Virus record (IMG/VR): IMGVR_UViG_3300025909_000005
From: a virus
Lineage: Duplodnaviria; Caudoviricetes
Strand: one strand, 5' to 3'
DNA length: 64,000 bases
The translations under genes were made by a program, and so were the position numbers. This document shows positions 62,242 to 64,000 of this stretch, piece after piece. Within the stretch, counting starts at the first letter, position 1. Every line of letters begins with the position of its first letter. Below the pieces are notes generated by a model. The model did no database searches and was not told the DNA's origin. It saw only the letters and a list, made by a program, of their open reading frames with translations.

Positions 62242-63129
62242 ATGGAAACCCCCATTCCCCCACAAAAGCCGATTCTCACCATCAACGAGGATCGTCTGCC
62301 TGCAGATGAAGCCTACATGCAGATCGCAGAGATCACCGCCCGACGTTCGAAGGCACGTCGCCTCCAGGTCGGCGCGATCATTGTGCGCGGCACCCAGCTC
62401 ATGTCCGACGGCTACAACGGCATGCCAGCCGGCTGCAAGGGCGAAGACGAAATCTGCGAGTACATCGAGACAATCGAGACACCTCCGAACCAAGGTGATC
62501 CATACGGTGACACGCGGTACGAGGTTCGCACGAAGCCAGAGGTGCTTCACGCCGAGGCGAACGCGATCCTCAAGTGCGCGCTGAACGGTAGGGAAACAGA
62601 GGGTGCCACCCTCTACACCACGTACTCACCGTGCCCCGAGTGCGCGAAGCTGATCAAGCAGGCGGGCATCAAGCGCGTCGTGTTCCGCAACCACTACCGC
62701 AGGCCAGAAGGCGTTGGCCTTCTCACAAAGTGGGGCATCAAGTGCGAGCAGCTCGACAACTTCCCTGACACCGTTCCAGCTGCGGCGTTCGACGTTCCAG
62801 TGCAGGAAGAGACGGCTGGTCCGATGGATCAATATCGGCTGCCCGAGGGCAAGCTCATCATTCCAACTCTCGATGACGTCCTTGAGCTGCCGAAGGAGTT
62901 CGACCTCATGCTGACCTACGATGGCGTGGTTCACAAGCTCTACCCTGATGGCATGTTCGGCCTCGCGATGGACCCGCTGAGCGGGGGCGAGAATGGGTCT
63001 GCATACCTGCTCAATGAGTTCACTGCTGTCGACGAGGATCAAGGGCGCTGGCAAGATTGGCCCGCAAACACGAGAATCTTCGCAAGAGTAACGACGTCAC
63101 ATGCCGTGAAACACGCGCGCAAGCTGTGA
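62239..63129 (+). CDS. dCMP deaminase with C-terminal extension
   Basis: VGAIIV, GYNGMP, VLHAEANA and SPCPECAKLI Zn motifs. Confidence 0.88.
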   Translation: MMETPIPPQKPILTINEDRLPADEAYMQIAEITARRSKARRLQVGAIIVRGTQLMSDGYNGMPAGCKGEDEICEYIETIETPPNQGDPYGDTRYEVRTKPEVLHAEANAILKCALNGRETEGATLYTTYSPCPECAKLIKQAGIKRVVFRNHYRRPEGVGLLTKWGIKCEQLDNFPDTVPAAAFDVPVQEETAGPMDQYRLPEGKLIIPTLDDVLELPKEFDLMLTYDGVVHKLYPDGMFGLAMDPLSGGENGSAYLLNEFTAVDEDQGRWQDWPANTRIFARVTTSHAVKHARKL

Positions 63130-63143
63130 TATAATGGACCTAT
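63130..63143 (+). promoter_or_regulatory. Early promoter TATAAT-GGACCT-AT
   Basis: Recurrent motif with CAAC leader. Confidence 0.6.
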
Positions 63144-63164
63144 CAACTAACTAGGACCTACATT

Positions 63165-63425
63165 ATGCCTTCGTTCACCGACGCGTCGACCCAAGACTTC
63201 ATGTCCCGTTCCACGAACCTGCGCCGTCACGGCCTCGCTCGTGCGATCTTCGACCCGACGAACCCTGCGCACCAGGCCTCGCTGAAGAAGTTCATCGAGA
63301 CCGGCAACTGGGGCGGCGTCCAGTTCTACCCCGAGTTCCCCTTCACTGACGTGCCGATGACGGTGCTGATGAAGATGGCGGCCCACACCCTCAAGGCGCA
63401 GTCGCGCATCGTCGAACACGAATGA
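63165..63425 (+). CDS. Hypothetical protein
   Basis: AGGA SD; strong codon bias. Confidence 0.7.
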   Translation: MPSFTDASTQDFMSRSTNLRRHGLARAIFDPTNPAHQASLKKFIETGNWGGVQFYPEFPFTDVPMTVLMKMAAHTLKAQSRIVEHE

Positions 63426-63769
63426 CCCAACACCTGAAGCTCGTTGAAGTTACCGTCGAAGGAAAGACGGGATTCCTGGTCTCTCCGCACCCCAGTTGCT
63501 GGGACCCGGCGCCGATCACGGATGACCCGACCAAAGCCTGCAACTTCAACGAGACGTGGCAGCCGTACGTGAACGGCGGGCTTAAGGTGAAGCACGACCT
63601 CCAGCAGACTCTCGACTCGCTCGTACACCCGCAAGACGAGATGTTCGCGAAGTCGGGGCTGCGCATCGATGACCTACCACACGTCGTCGAACTCGAGGTC
63701 AGCGTGAGCTGGATCGAAACCGATCGCAGGCTCGGACGAGGACCACACCGTGCGCCAGCTCAAGGTTGA
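63422..63769 (+). CDS. Hypothetical protein
   Basis: ATGA overlap. Confidence 0.55.
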   Translation: MTQHLKLVEVTVEGKTGFLVSPHPSCWDPAPITDDPTKACNFNETWQPYVNGGLKVKHDLQQTLDSLVHPQDEMFAKSGLRIDDLPHVVELEVSVSWIETDRRLGRGPHRAPAQG

Positions 63770-64000
63770 GCTCGCAGATCGGACGCTTCGCTTCGACGGA
63801 GTTTCAGAGGTTGCACCTGAGGAGCTGGCAAAGTTCCTGCTTCTAGGTGCCAAGCCCGAGGAGCTCCGTGTTGTGGGGTCTGAAGAGGACATCGCGCAGT
63901 TCAATGCAGCTGCTGGAGATGTTCTGAAGCTCGCCAGTGATGAGCCCATCTCACTGAACATGGGCTACATCCTCCCTGAGAACTACGCGAAGCTGGACCT
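63750..64000 (+). CDS. Partial ORF (MRQLKVELADRTLRFDG...LPENYAKLD), possibly the N-terminus of a DnaE-like polymerase subunit
   Basis: GTG start after GAGG; open to the window edge; the LP..Y..LD motif is only suggestive. Confidence 0.35.
   Translation, partial: MRQLKVELADRTLRFDGVSEVAPEELAKFLLLGAKPEELRVVGSEEDIAQFNAAAGDVLKLASDEPISLNMGYILPENYAKLD

Noticed and set aside
1-64000. Alternative genetic code / stop-codon reassignment
   Set aside because: Conserved genes are full length in the standard code, and TAA, TAG and TGA all occur as genuine stops.

Overview
This window is an uninterrupted segment of a large, distantly T4-related myophage (probably a jumbo phage) in standard genetic code. 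About 1.2-29.8 kb is a late/morphogenesis block: neck gp13/gp14, tail terminator gp15, sheath gp18, tube gp19, head-completion gp4, terminase and fibres. About 29.8-34.6 kb and 54-64 kb hold small early-type genes. About 34.8-47.6 kb holds gp32, UvsX, UvsY, UvsW, a GIY-YIG endonuclease, a GH108 endolysin and NrdA/NrdB/glutaredoxin. A holin-like gene and a third fibre lie at 48.7-54 kb. The main signal is 14 otherwise unrelated ORFs that begin with one of two short N-terminal tags. Nine have MxTFKQ(F/Y)LxE, which closely resembles the T4 internal-protein capsid-targeting sequence, and five have MK(I/L/V)xE(L/I). The tagged cargoes include four paralogous ADP-ribosyltransferase-like proteins, a Cys-based phosphatase, an amidoligase, a papain-like protease, a zeta-toxin-like kinase and a ClpS-like adaptor. 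I infer a virion-packaged, co-injected set of effector enzymes. Also notable are a catalytically degenerate terminase-ATPase paralogue next to the real terminase, and a family of early promoters, about half of which appear to give leaderless mRNAs. All family calls come from motif recognition by eye, with no database searches. I saw no tRNA, rRNA, CRISPR array, intron or intein.
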